Below, piece after piece: positions 28,519 to 43,000 of a DNA stretch of 64,000 nt (positions within the stretch are counted from its first letter, which is position 1; each line of letters opens with the position of its first letter). A program made the position numbers and the translations under genes. The notes beneath the pieces are model-generated. The model was given only the letters and a program-made list of their open reading frames with translations. It was not told where the DNA came from and did no database searches. The stretch spans positions 173,290,001 to 173,354,000 of the forward strand of contig OX597815.1 in assembly GCA_951406725.2 (NCBI GenBank), given 5' to 3'. The DNA comes from Octopus vulgaris. Taxonomy: Eukaryota.

Positions 28519-31096
28519 TGAGGGAGATAACAACACCACCTGCAATGATTAAACTATCAGGATGATGTGACACTGTTCTGACCCCCTGACCCTGGAACTG
28601 GATTTTCTCTTTAATGTTTGTTGCCATTACTGATATGAGGAAATCATTGACAATTGCTTTACAAAAGTGTTTAATAAACCTCTTTGCAGGAAAATTATTG
28701 CATTTTAAGTGATGTTAACATTTTAATGAGCCAACAAAGGAGCGACTACATGATTGCATGATCTGCTAGAAATAGCAATCAAATATTCTGCAAATCATAC
28801 TTTACCATTTTAAAACAGAGATGATAATAACAACACTAGCATCATTATCACTAATTAAGGATATTTGAGAAAAACTTTTGTGAACTTTATTTTCCTCTCT
28901 ATAGCACTGTAGTGATACTATTTCAAAGCCAATATTTTGAAAAATTAAATCTTTCTCTATATGTATTTCTCACCAACTTAGAAAGTTACTCAATCCACTT
29001 TAAAATGTCCCAATGTTTTGATATTCTGTCTTGTACTTAATTTAAAAATCAGCTGATTAAGCTGAAATATACAGGAAGAAATTAGTGATTACATGCCACA
29101 AACTTCTATTCACATATCTGGATTGGCACAGCTTCCACATTTGAGGCACTTTTTTTCTTATACCTATTATGGTATACTGTAACTAAATGTCTGTATTTCT
29201 AAAAGCTGGCCCTTTGTGTCCAGGTTTGCTCTTTAACATTAGCTTGCATACATAGAAGCTGAATAGCAATATTATAAAACTATAAGTATTACTTTTCTTC
29301 TTTTGACCAATTCAGGGGGAAATTTTCCTATCAAATAAAATTTATCTTGCAAGCTAATATGGTTAACATAAATGATGTATTAAAAATCTGTAATAGTTTT
29401 CTGTCAATAATGCAGATGTCTTACACTAATTTCTTTCATTAATTTAGGCAAATGAAAACAAAATCAGGACAACTTGAGCAGAATAGCTTTCTAAGCTGGG
29501 AGATGATCTAATATCTAAAACAGTTAAACATTACAAAATTTTAAATCAATAGAGAAAGAAAGCATTATTTTAACATTTGATGGAAATTAACTTTGTGATT
29601 GATTAATTTCCACTAAAGTGTCTAAAACTACCATCAATTTAGAATTGTTTAATGTTTATCAATATAAAAATAGCTATATTTTATATAAGAATACTCAATA
29701 TTCTCTGTTTACCAATCAAATACTTCAACAAAATTTGAAGTTTTGAGTTTTCTGGATATAAAAGGAAACGAGAAATAGAAAAAATGATCTATAAAAAGAA
29801 AGTTGTTTAATAAAAGGGACATTATGTACATTGGCACCTTAATTTATACAAATATCAACTAGAGTTACTTATTACATTTATCAGAATAGTAAAAAGAATA
29901 TCCTTTGATCAAGATCAAGGTGACTATTTTTATTATAAGTGTTATACTCTATCTCACCAAATTAACCCAGAGATTTCCCTTTGCAATATAATACATCCAC
30001 ATTTTGATTAACATTGACATGTTTCCTCATTGAAACTTGAAGAAATTAATAGATTTTGTCTCAGTTATACTGAATTTAGATTTGTTTGTTTATTCATTAC
30101 AAGTGAATGAATAATAAGGTATCTGCAATGCTACACTGGTTGTTAAGGTTTTCATGTAAATTGAAAAATGAAAACAAACTGAGTAATGTTCTTATGATAT
30201 TTACAAACAGCGAGAGAGTTAAAAAACACTGAAAGTATCTTGAAGTACACTGCCATAAGAACAAATTAAATAGATAAATGTATCCTAGTTTTCTCAATAT
30301 TGAACAGAAACTTCAACTGATGGAAAGTAAGATATTTGAGAAGGTAATATGAGCCTTTAGTTAGAAAGTAAAGAGGAACAGAGACTATCATCATCATTTA
30401 ACATTCATTTTCCATGCTGGCATGGGCTGGACAGTTTGACAAGAACAGACAAGTCAGAAGAATACACCAATTTCTGCTGTCTGTTTTGGTATGGTTTCTA
30501 TGGCTGTATGCCCTTCCTAATGCCAACCACTTAAAAGAGTGAACTAGGTGATTTTACATAGGACCAACAGCATTAAGGTTACCAAGTAACTTGCAATCAC
30601 ATTTAATGATTATCTTAAAATTCATGGATTTTCTCTTCATAATACATATTTCAGAAATCACGTAAAATTGCAGCTTGAATGCCTTCACAAAGACTAAATT
30701 GCTTTTATCAAAGTAGATCTTTGGTCAACAATATAGATTCTACAACAGTTATCCACCATGTAGTTTTTCTTCTTTTTTAGTTAAATAGAAATTAAATATT
30801 TCACTTTAAAATTTTATGTCTAACTCAAAACCATGGACCTACACTATCTGCATAAATTAAGAGTTACCTGATGATTGAGTAAATCCTTTTCATATAATAT
30901 ATGCGTATACTGAAATAACAATGTTTTGTTATTTTGTAAATATAAAACAAGAAATTAGTTGTACTTAAACATGGCTAACCTGGGGTAAACAACAACAATA
31001 AAAATGGGAAATAAACATTTACCAGAGCAAAAGAGCCTTGGTAAATTGTCTTGAATATATGCCAAAGTATAGCAATGTATTATTATCGCTATGAAG

Positions 31097-31770
31097 AAGA
31101 TGGTGACCTGGCAGAATTGCTACCATGCAAGACAAAATGCTTAGCAACATTCTGTCTTTATATTTTGAGTTCAAATTCCACCAAGGTCAACTTTACTTTT
31201 AAATCTTTCCAGAGTCAATAAAATAAGTACCAATTGAGTACTTGAGTTGATGTAATCAATTAGCTCCCTCCCCTAAAATTTCAGGCCTTGTGCCTATAAT
31301 AGAAAGGATTATTATTGTTAGGAAGGTGGTGAGCTGGCAAAATCATTAGCATATCAGACAAAATGTTTGGTGGCATTTTTTTTTATTCATTATGTTCTGA
31401 GTTCAAATTCTGTCAAGGTCATCTTTACCTGTCATCCTTTTGGAATTGATGAAATAAAGAACTAGTCAAGAACTGCAGTAATGTAAATCACTGACCTCCT
31501 CTTCTTAAAATTACTGGCATTGTGCCAAAATTGGAAAAATTTATATTATTATAGCAATGGATTGGTAGAATTGTTAGAGAATCAGAAAAATTACTTGCAG
31601 TATTTGTTCCAGCTCTTTCATGTTCTGAGTTCAAATATTGCCAAGGTCAACTTTGCCCTCCATCCATCAATAAAATAAAGTACCAGGCAAATGCTAGGAT
31701 CAATGGTATCAACTAACCCTCCATTCCCCAAATTTCAAGCCATGTGCCTGTATTATAAACAATTATTATA
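31097..31770 (+). mobile_element. Three head-to-tail diverged copies of SINE family A
   Basis: Motif series tggcaga/a...gagttcaaat...caaggtca...aataaaata...gtacc...ttgtgcc...attattat repeats three times (~31097-31318, ~31321-31550, ~31552-31770). Confidence 0.85.
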
Positions 31771-34700
31771 CTTTCAAATATTTTGAAGCTATATTGAGGA
31801 TTTTGAATTTAGAAAATATAATAACTGATGAAGTGGCTCACTCAGTTTTCTTTTCTACTTAAATTTATATTTAAAATTGAGAGCTATATTGATGTAGTGC
31901 AAAAAATGAAAATGATGTTTTAGAGTGAAGATCTCTACTAGAAAAGAAATGAGGTAAAAAATAATTAGAAAAGAGAATATATAACCACATGGAGTTAAAT
32001 AAAATGTGTGGAACATGGAAAGAATGATGTCACTAACTTCTGAACAGTAATTTTCTGTAAGTCTCCAATTTGTATACATTCACTATTAATTCCCTCATTT
32101 CTGCTTTGGTAAAGGATCACACTAACATATTTTACTTCTGTTTATATTTCCTGATTCAAGGAAGTGCAGATTATCTATCTTAACTAACCTAATTAAAATT
32201 TAGATTACTGAAGTAGCTCCTAACTCAATGAATCAAGTTAATGATATGGATTATTATTCTTAACTTCTATATATAGATTGAGTGTAGTCTGACACTAGAT
32301 CATATCAATTCATGTAGTGAACCATCACTTTCACAAAGGGAAATATGAAACAAAATTACTCTTGAATTTGGTGCCAATATACTAATAAACAGCAATGAAA
32401 AAACATTGACAGTTTTCATCGAAAAAAATATTGACTTTTTTAATGAAATTAAAACAGATGACTTCAAAAGGTTTTAGACCCAGCACTTTCTGTGGGGTAA
32501 GATATATATAATAAGATGGTGATGGTTTTTAGTATTGAACATTGATGTTGATGTTCCATACTGCAATTCAAATTCAAAGAAAATTACATGTTAGAATTTA
32601 AAAGGTTGCAATTTATAGTTACAAGTTAAGAAGCAAGTAAGCCTGTTATAAGACCAAAGGTTTATAAGTGCTTGAACCTCAAGCAATCTATATTTTAAGG
32701 AGCCTATGAAAAATATGCATTAAAGTCTTTTATTTATTTATTTTTTTTGAGCCAGTTGATTTGAGAAAATTTCAATAATCATATCAGATCAAATTTTAAA
32801 TGACAGCATTTGAAATATTTTTCTTTTGAGGAGAGGCAAAAAAGACAACATGCCAAGATGAAAAAAACATTGAACTAAGGTTAACTTTGTTAAAAGAAGT
32901 ACAGCAACATGTGGTTTGTGATTACATGATTACAACTTGCTTTTCAAACCTCTTTGGAACTAACAAAACAGGAGTGGGGAACCTAGGGAATTATATATAT
33001 ATATATGAAATATAAAACTCAATCTTTATATTCATCATTGAAGATAGAAATGCTTTGACAACTCAACAGATTTTTCTAAAAGAATTGGACCTTTTGTTTT
33101 AGCTGTAGAAATTGTTCATGTTATTCTAATGATTGAAGATGCTCTAACAAGCCAAGCATATTATTAAATGGAAAGGTAATAGTCAGTTCCTCCTGTCTTC
33201 CACTCCACCTTGTTGAAGCATAAAGGAACAACCATAGCTAGATTGGTTGAGGAAAAAGTGAAAAGGATTTCAAGCTCCTCTAGTAAGGAAGAAAAACCGA
33301 AAATGTGTTCAGGGAATAAAGATTTCTCCTATTCCCCATTATCCATCCCAACCTATTTTATAGTTAATTTTATAATTGTTACAACTTTATTCCATAAGCC
33401 ATGTAAATGAGCAGTAAAGTGATTTTAAATCATGTTTCATGTTTCAAATTATCATTTCCGTTTGACTTGCAAAGTTTTTATATAAAAAAAGAGGTACTGA
33501 AACAACTATAATACAATAAAGAACTGTTTGTTAAAAATATAAATGATGATGACACTAAAAATAATAGCACAACTCAATAACAGAGGTCAGATTGAACTAA
33601 AAATTGGATTTAAAAAAATCAATCAATGCAAAATATTGAAATTTAGACATTTTTAATTGCTGCACATTGAATTTGAGGTGTTTCCTTTGATATTGTCATT
33701 ACATGTAATAGTCATGCTGCAAAATTGTTTGAAAGAATTTTGCAATAATTCCAGTATAGAAATCTGAAAAGCTGGTGATTGTTATTGAAGTAAGAGAACA
33801 CAATTGAGTGAAACAGTGCTATGGATAATCAACTGAAGAACAATGAAGGGGATAGGGAGACAAAAAGATGATTGCATATACAGCAAAATAAATAAATAAA
33901 TAATTAGAGGAAGATAGAATAGAATAAAGGGAATTTTTGAAATTGAAGAGAACAAGAAAGAACTAATGAATAAACTGGAATGGAGGGGTGGGATGTAATG
34001 AAATATACTGCAAGAGAAAAGGGTTACATGAGAGATTTTATGAAATAGTTTGATTTCCTGAAATAATTCAATTTAACACTCACTCAATCAAACATGTCTG
34101 CCACATTATATTTAGTTAGTTATTACTTTTTCAGTGAAAAAAAAAGAAAGAAAAAAAAAAGAAAAAAGAAAAATTTCATCATATTTCTTTCTTTCAGAAA
34201 TGCATTTCTCTTAGTTTCAAGGGATTACACACAAGTATGATAATTGAAATGAATGACTGAGAACCAGCATCAACGTTTTTTTGTTATTCTGTTGAACATT
34301 CTTCGTATATAAATAGACCAGTAGTATGCTTGGAACATTTATTGCATTAATATACTATAATTATACAAATAAGAGGTTACAAATACAAATATACACAAAG
34401 GAAAATCCAAGTGAACAATATCATAAAGCAGACACAAATGAGTCAAAATTAATACCAACATTGAAGCATTATTAATTATTGACAAGTTCCTGAAAAATTA
34501 TTTTAATTCTTTTTGTTACGCATTTATGACAGGAGCTGAAGGGAAATTCCAAGCTGAGATCAATAAAATGCTTGAATCGTAGCAACCAGGTATCAAAAGT
34601 ACCGGAAGATTTATGTAGGAGAGATGACTGTATCAGTTTGAATGGTGATACAAATGGAAACCATCTGGGTTATGATGTGTGATGAGTTGGTATGTGAACT

Positions 34701-36983
34701 AAATAGTAAAGGAAGATTAAAATAAGACCTAGGAAGAAACCTTAACACTACACTCAATCCTTAGGTTCCTTAAACATAGTTCCCTCTGTTCCATTTAGAC
34801 AAGATTCCCTGTTCTTTTCATACACATATTTCTCTTCAGACATTGACCTACAACTGTCCATGAATTTCACCAGTCTAAGGGGGCCTGCAGAGGATACAGG
34901 CACTGCCCTCTGACTTATAAAAATAAACATAAAAAAGACAGAAGAAACCTGAGGGAAGTAAACTTCAGAAAAATGATAATGTAGAATTACAACACATGGA
35001 TCAATATTGTATTTCAGATTCATCTAACATACACTGGCATGCAAAATGGAAATGATGATGACGATGAGATACATCAATCAGTGACCTGTTATTTTGAAAT
35101 CCAGTAACCTTTTAGGATAAACTCAACAGGGACAACTGAAAGATGTTAAATTGCAGTAATGTATTAGACATAGAATTATTCTAACAACAAAAACAATTTC
35201 AAAAATATGTCTGCCTAACCATACACAGCAATATCTGCCTGTCTAACAACTATACACATACTGTTACAAAAATAACATCATAAATATCTGATTAACTTCT
35301 ATTATATTGCAGATAAATCTAAGAAAAGGTTTGTTATTTTAGCCTGTTTGGTTTTAGCTTCTTAGTTTTTGTAAACATTCTTACTCAGGCTATTTTGTAA
35401 AATTGGGTTATAGGAAAAGTTAGCTGAAAACTCCCCTAACATATAAACAATGGTTAACTTCTCAAAAATAAATATAAAAATAAGAGAAGCTTCTGGGCTA
35501 TATATTTAGTTCAGTAAAATTTGATACATCATCCAAAGTGGTGTATAAAAGGGAAACAGATTGTTAAATTTGTTTATAAAATGAATGATATTGGAGGTTG
35601 GAACATAGGAAATGGGAGCAAGAGGGAAAAACCCTCGAAAACTAAACAGAGATAAAACATTCTGTTTTGATTAAAGAGCAATATAGAATACTGATTAATT
35701 AGATTTAACATTTTCTGAGCAGAGATTAGCATATACTAAAATATTTATAGTTGGAATCTGATGATAAATGTCTATATTAATATATTTGAAAGTATTTAGA
35801 AAAAATATTTAAGAATATTTTTAATTTAGGAATTATTGTTCCTTTCTTTTATCAAAGTGTTTATATTATAAACACTATCAAAGAAGTTAAATTCAAATTC
35901 TAATGAGATTAAGCAGATAATTAAAAATACTGTTTATAATTCATATTATAATGTTGTATGTGATTGAGTCAGGTAAAACTTTCAAAGTTTTATCAGGTTT
36001 GTAAATATCCAGATTAACACTACAAAGTACATAAGAGAAAACTGGGGAAGGGGGGATGTATCTTGATTATAAGCTTAATATGTTTTAGCTCAATTTTTTG
36101 TGTTTCTATTCATGCTGTATTCTATCTACCTCTTAATTGACACACTCCCTAATGGCTAAGAACATAAACTATGAATTACAATATAGTTTGAGTAGAAGTG
36201 TAGCTCAAAAGTGTATGACTGTTTGTATGTGCATGCATGCATGTGTATGTGTGTGCACTGCAGCAAAAGACGATTGGTGACTATACAGATCAAAATATAA
36301 TGTAAATATAAAATAAAGTATGAAGGCCTTATCTTCTGCTCTTGCATTTCAGAATAACAGAGAAACAAAAGTGAAGATGAAAGAAAAATATACTTGTTTA
36401 TCAATTTACAAATGACACTTTACAATTTTTATAAGTTTTATAGGGATTAGAGGTATGAATATTAGACAATTATTTATTAACAAGGTATTTCAAATATAAT
36501 CTAAAAAGATACTTAAGAATGTGTGTCTACATATTCAGTGAAGAAATTTAAGATTTATAAAAATGTTGAAATATTTTCATAAGTTATTTTAAAAACCAAC
36601 GTAACATTATTTAAACATTGTAAAACATTAATCAACATAAGTAAGCTTTATTCTTTCAACAACACACATAACTCACTCTTGCTATGTATATGTAAATGCT
36701 ACACACAACATACACTTAAAATTATGATTTCAATTAGAGCCTAAAAAAAAATTAGAGATAAAAGTAACATTTGATATCAAATAATTAAATTCAATAATTT
36801 ATTAAGTGATATTGAAGATTTTGACACAAGGTAAATTACCAGTTAGATAAGGTGAAAAACATCTTAAACAGAAATATATATATGTATATATTTATATGCT
36901 CAATATAGTTTGAAGTTAGAAAATTGAATAAACTTAAGTGTTGCAACATAAGTAGATATAGTGTATTTATGAAGTTATCTTAC

Positions 36984-37034
36984 CTGCTCAAACTCAGTTA
37001 ACACGGCTTGCAGGTTCAGATTAATTTCTATCAT
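36984..37034 (-). CDS. Candidate alternative first coding exon of a short (Dp116/G-utrophin-like) dystrophin isoform, MIEINLNLQAVLTEFEQ
   Basis: ATG at 37034-37032, 17 codons, near-consensus donor CAG|gtaaga in phase 0 matching the acceptor at 13295. In-frame upstream TAG; surrounding sequence not recognised as a repeat. No transcript evidence available. Confidence 0.55.
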
Positions 37035-40000
37035 ACAAGGAGAAAAATGCAATGCAAGCCTGTGGGCCAGGGTTCCTTCAGTTGCACCATCTGACTACAA
37101 CTTAAGGCAGTCAGGTAAACCCCATAGTCAAATTATAATTTTTGGTAGATTGTGTTTGCAACAAGCTTCCTTTTGAGATTTGATATAACATTACTTGTAG
37201 ATTGAGTGTATAAAAGGGAGTTGAACAAAAACCGTTGGTAGCCGGTTGATCATTTTGTCAACAAAAGTATAAACTATGGAGCATTTTCTCTGGGATGTAA
37301 CCGACTGGTTGCTCAGTTGTGGGTAATCTTAGTGGAAACACAAAAACAACAGCAGAAGAAAACTTTCTCCACCTCCTCTACCTCCTTCTCAACTGCCAAG
37401 TGTTATGAATGGATACAACACATAAGACAGCTGGCAAATCACAGGCACTCAAGTGGTCTAGTACTATACTAAAAAAGAAAGCATCCCAAGGAAATCTATA
37501 CTACTTGACATTCCAAACGGATTGTTCTTAATCAATTTTTTCAAGCAATTTAGAGTTAAACTGGCCAGTAGTCTATGTCTGGTTGATATATATTGTAAAG
37601 TATCTACCAATTTGATAGACTTTTCCTAGAGGGTAATGGTATTAATGATAGTGGAAAGAAAGGCGAAAGTGAAAAGGCAGCCAGTCAGCCCTAACAGACA
37701 ACAGTATTTAGGGGATCATAGCAGTGTATTTTCCATGAATGGAAATACCAGAGGAGGAGACTAATGTAACAGGAGAAGTAATGAGTATTGTTAAAGGAGT
37801 GATAGTAGGAGGATGTGTTTCATACTACTATAGCTACTGCTGCTGCAGGCGTCTTGACTGGAACAAGCAATAATATCCCAGCAGAAACAGACCCACATGG
37901 AGAGGTGTGTGTGTATGAATGAGAATGAGAAGACGATGGGGGGTAGTAATAAGGAAAAGAAAGCAACTAGGAGCATTACACAAATGTTACTTTACTGTGG
38001 AAGTGGCTAACATTTCACAGCATAGAGAAAAAAAAAATGTTTTAGATGAAAACTGAAAGAGGAAGAAGAGAAAGTGATGGGAGGAAATTGTGTGTGTGTG
38101 CGTGTGCCAAGTTAAGTCATGCAGTTAGAGAGAAGGGAGCAACTGTTTGAACAGAATGCACCTTCATACAGAACAGGATGAGAGGAATATGATAGATTAT
38201 ATTTAAGGATTCAGTATAGAATTATACTGAAAGATCTTTCAATTTCAGGCCCTCCCATTCATTTATAAATGATACTGGAAAAAAAAAAGAGAAAAAAAAA
38301 AGTAATATAGAAAGCAAAAGCACCTTTGATTCCCTATCCAAGTAAATATTAGGAGTTCTTTGAAATAAATTTTATTTTTAATAGTTGAATGAAATGTTTC
38401 TTTTTACAATGCAATCCAAATATTTTTGTTTACCTTTTTTTGTAAAACTAATTTCAAGATCAACAACTTCTGTTTAAGTTTAAAATAGTTGTTATTAAAA
38501 TGGTATAATGTGCAGTTTGGTAAGGGACTATTTCAATATTATGCTAATGCAGATGATTTCAAGAAAAGGATCTTAGTTAACTTTATTTCTTGAAATTTTA
38601 GATCATACATTTTGCAGGCCAGATGTGTAGGTCTTTCTTGCAAGAGATAAAGAATTATTAATAGTTATAACTTTAATATTAACTAGGTCAACATAATATA
38701 TCCTGCTGTTAATATTAAATTTAATCCTTACAAAACTGAACATGTTAAACAAAATTTTCTTTTTTTCATGAATTTATATACTAGCATAGGTTCAATGGTT
38801 ATGCAAGTGTGTATATTTTAGTGCATTTTAAACTCCCAAATACTAATATGTAAAACAAACAGTGGGCACTGATATGCATTTTCAGCCAATTTGAAAGAAA
38901 CAAGTATTTTGGGGCATGTTAACATTTCATTCCAAAATTGTATATGTAGGAAATACTCCAGCATGATCTTAGCACTGTTGGCTAAAACAAACTATAGGGT
39001 TAACTAACATGTCTCACTACAACATGGTTTGTTAACTTCTGTTTCCATATAAAAATAATTATTTGGCTAATTCCAGTGAATTTGTCCAGTTACTCTACTG
39101 CATTTGCTTAGTAAGTAAAAATGGTGGTACTAATTAAATACCATATAGTATTTAGCTACAGCTATTCATATATGGGTTTAAAACCTGCTAGAGTTAACTT
39201 GGGTTTTTCATCAACCTAAGGTTGATAAAATAAGTGTCATTAATATACTAGGGGTGATTTAATTGACTATACCTGTGACACACATTAGAACTTTGTGGCC
39301 TTGTTATAAAGGGGAGGTAGCACAAATGGAACAGTGCTAGGTTAAAATACCTTACAGTACTCATTGTTATTTTTTCATATCCTCAATTGAACTGCTTTGA
39401 TTTTTGCCTATCTATAAAAAATGCACCACACATGTTGAAATGAAGGAGAGGGGGCAATTCGATTGACTTTACTATTCTCCAACAAATTTGGAGCCTTGGG
39501 CCACTGAAAGAAATCAATATTACCATTACTCAGTAGATGTTCTGTAAAGAATGGAAAATGTTGAGACTAACAAAACTTGAATATTTACAACTAGTCTACT
39601 TCATCATAAATTGTCATAAAGTGTCCAAAATTGAAGCAATGAAAATTATGATCTGAATGATTAAAATTAGGAACATGCTATTCCATTAATTAAAGTCTCT
39701 AAAGTTAATCATCAAAGCAAACTGACCTGATGTTTTTCCAGTTAGGTTATGATATTATTCTAAACATGATACACCTCCCAAGGAGACATATTTTGCAGTT
39801 TGTTTTGTTCACTGTAGCCTTGACAATGTTGACATTTCAAAGGTTTTAATGAAATTAATAGTATCCATGCAACAATCTAATATTCATTGTAACAGAACCA
39901 GCTGTATAGCAGGCCGAGCAAACCTCTAACCAACAACTTTATGGGCTCTGCTTCTGTATTATTATTATTATTATCATTATTATTATTTCAAATGCACCAT

Positions 40001-43000
40001 CTATTGTTCAGTATCAACAGTTAGAGATCAGAGATAAGTTAAAGTAACGGTTATGATCAAAAACGTGAGACTGTGTCACAATAAAAAGAATTTAGCTTTT
40101 TGATGCAATGTTGGTATATTATTTATTTTCGCCTGCTTTCTATTATCTCTTATTAAGATAAAACATATGATTGGCATTTATAAGACACTTTTGAAACTGA
40201 TTTTATTTGAACAAGCAAAAACTTTTATAAAATATCAAAGACAAGTTAAAGAAAATACTTCTGCATTTTCAGTATTCTGTCAAATTTAGTTCAAACTAGT
40301 TTCTTAGATGGGGTGGGGAGAAAGAGACAGAAAGGAAAAAAGTGTTCAAAGAGGAAATAATTGGAAAATGCCTTTCTTAAGCAGTAGCAAAACCTTTTCA
40401 AAAACATTTTACAGTGAAAATATGTAAATAATACCCTTTTGTTCAGTGGTCAAAAGAATATGATCTATTAGATGAATTTATACAAGAAAAGTAGAGGTGT
40501 GAGAATTATGAGAATTTTAGATAATTGTGTAGCAGCTTTTTTGCTTGAATTGAGAAAAAAGCATGAATAGTTTTGCATATTCTTTCTAATATGAAAGAAA
40601 TTTTGCTCCATCAGGATTATGAGCACAAACATATTCATATTACATATGTATGGATTGTATCACTACACTGTTAACCAACAGTAGTATGCAAGTTAAATAA
40701 AATTTAAGATTTTATTTTTACAGAGCTGCAATTTTCAGTTTATATACCAAATGATATGCATTCAACACTAACAGGTGATCTACCAACAATTGCTTTCATA
40801 AATATCAGTATGATGTCTAGATAGCAAACATTAACATTTATTATTACTGTTGTTGTTATCATTGGCAATACAATGAAATATTTCTTATTGGGGCTAATGT
40901 TAAGCCATAAACTGACACCAAACAACTACAGCCAATGTAATGTGTCTTTAGTTTATATTTTACCAGTCAAGGCGGCAGTGGAGGGTGGCTATGACAGTAT
41001 TTCTTACTGTAACTCGTTCTGAGTTCAAATTATATTATGATCAACTTTGATTCTTTTGTGATTGATGCAATAAATATCAGTAATATATTGGAGATAATTC
41101 AGTGAATGTTATCTCACCACTATAAAACCAGCCAAGTGTGTAACCAAAAGAGATCAATAATTTCTCAGTCACGTCTATATTATTTCATGTACATTCTCTT
41201 CTATTTACATTGATATTTTCTTGACTGTTTTGCATCCATTATTCCATGGAGGCAGAAATTTGATGAAGTTTGAAAATCTATATACTTGCACATTAATGAT
41301 TTGACAACTGAATGCCCTTCCTATTGCTAACCACTTGTTTAAACATAAATGAGTAGTAACCATAACAATTTTTAGAAGGCCCATTGCTTGACTAGATATT
41401 CTCTCTGGTCCATAAGAAATTAGTCTCTCTAAGTTTAACTCTTTTATAACTTAATACAAAATGGACAAATTGTATCAATGTGCAGTTTCAGACTAAAGTC
41501 TTATAACAGAATCAAGGATGGCTGCCAAGATGCTGACAACACAGATTGAGTAGAACTTGTTAGATAATTGTGTACAGGAAATAGCTATTCCAATGATCAG
41601 CATGACAGCACCATTAACTGATGGACAGACAACATTGATCAACTCAATAAGGTGAATTACAGTTGTACTAATGTGTGTATACCTATGCACATACTGAAAG
41701 CATAAAATTCCAATTCAATTCTAGATGCTCTCGATTTAAGATGTACAATAATTGTTCTGGAAGTCTTAATCTTAGTACACAGTAAGGGGTTTTCTAGCTA
41801 TTATAGTTTTCACCATAGAGCTTAGATATTTTAATACAAGTAATATGTACATTTTTCATAATTTTTTTTTTTTGCTTTATACTATTTGCTAGGATAAAAT
41901 TTTTCAATGAATTAATTTTCTCACAAGGTAAAAGGCATTAGCCTTGTTCCTAGACTGTTCTAGATTTACTGCATATGTGTAATCTGATGTCTCTTTTGAT
42001 AGTGTTCAAAACAGTGGCTGTATAAATAATTATATGGAATATCCAATAAGTATAGCGTTTATATAGGTTAAATTCTCAACAGTGTTTTGTTAGTCAACAA
42101 GAAATTCATAATATAAATAATCAACAAGAAATTAATAATATGAATAAAATGGGTTCCAAACTGTTAGTGGCAACAAAATTGTGTATTCTATACCACTACT
42201 CATACCTCTGCACCCTTATTTAAAATATTGCACTCCGTAAACTTGATCTTCACCATTCTCTAATTTATTTATGCTGAAAAGCCTTCTAGCTATTGGCTTA
42301 CTGTTTTCTTTACAATGCAGTAGAAGAACAATCTTGCACGCAAGTCAAAAATCATTGGAGATATAATAACCTCTAAGAAAATGATACAGTGTACACTTGA
42401 GCTAAAAGCAAATATACTGAGAGATGGATAAAGAGTGAAGGGAGAGAGTGAAAAGTGAAGAAAGAAGGCAATGAAACTGAGGGGAATGAGAGAGAGAAAG
42501 AGAGAGAGAGAGAAAAGAAAGATTGAGAGAAAAGGGTCAACAGATTTAAAAACAATTTTACCAATAAGGACTAAAGTGTAGTATAAGCTTGGACTAGCCC
42601 ATAGAGAACATATTAATAATTAGGATATTGTTAACATCAATAATTATTGATCAATTGTTAATCAAGATGACAAAAACACAAACAAACAACCTAATTGGTT
42701 GATTGTTATTTGGATTTTCATTGCCTGGCATTAATTTGAATGATCAAAAGTAATATTTTGCTTGTGTGATCTGGAACCAATGTCAGTAATAACATATGGG
42801 CCAACTGAGTCAATTCACCAACCTTACCAGCTGCTAATTCTGCAGTGTTTGCCAAGAAAACACTATTGATTTGTATGCTTATCTTCTTTATTTTTTAAGT
42901 GATGGATTTAGCATGGTGATATGTTTGATTTTTTTTCATTTCTTGACTCAATAATATATTAGCAGAAAAGTACACCACAAGTTAACAGACTGACCGAACA

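Noticed and set aside
34754-34910. Slightly GC-richer minus-strand frame RAVPVSSAGPLRLVKF...
   Set aside because: Ends in a stop with no donor, has a poor acceptor, and shows no similarity to dystrophin or known domains.
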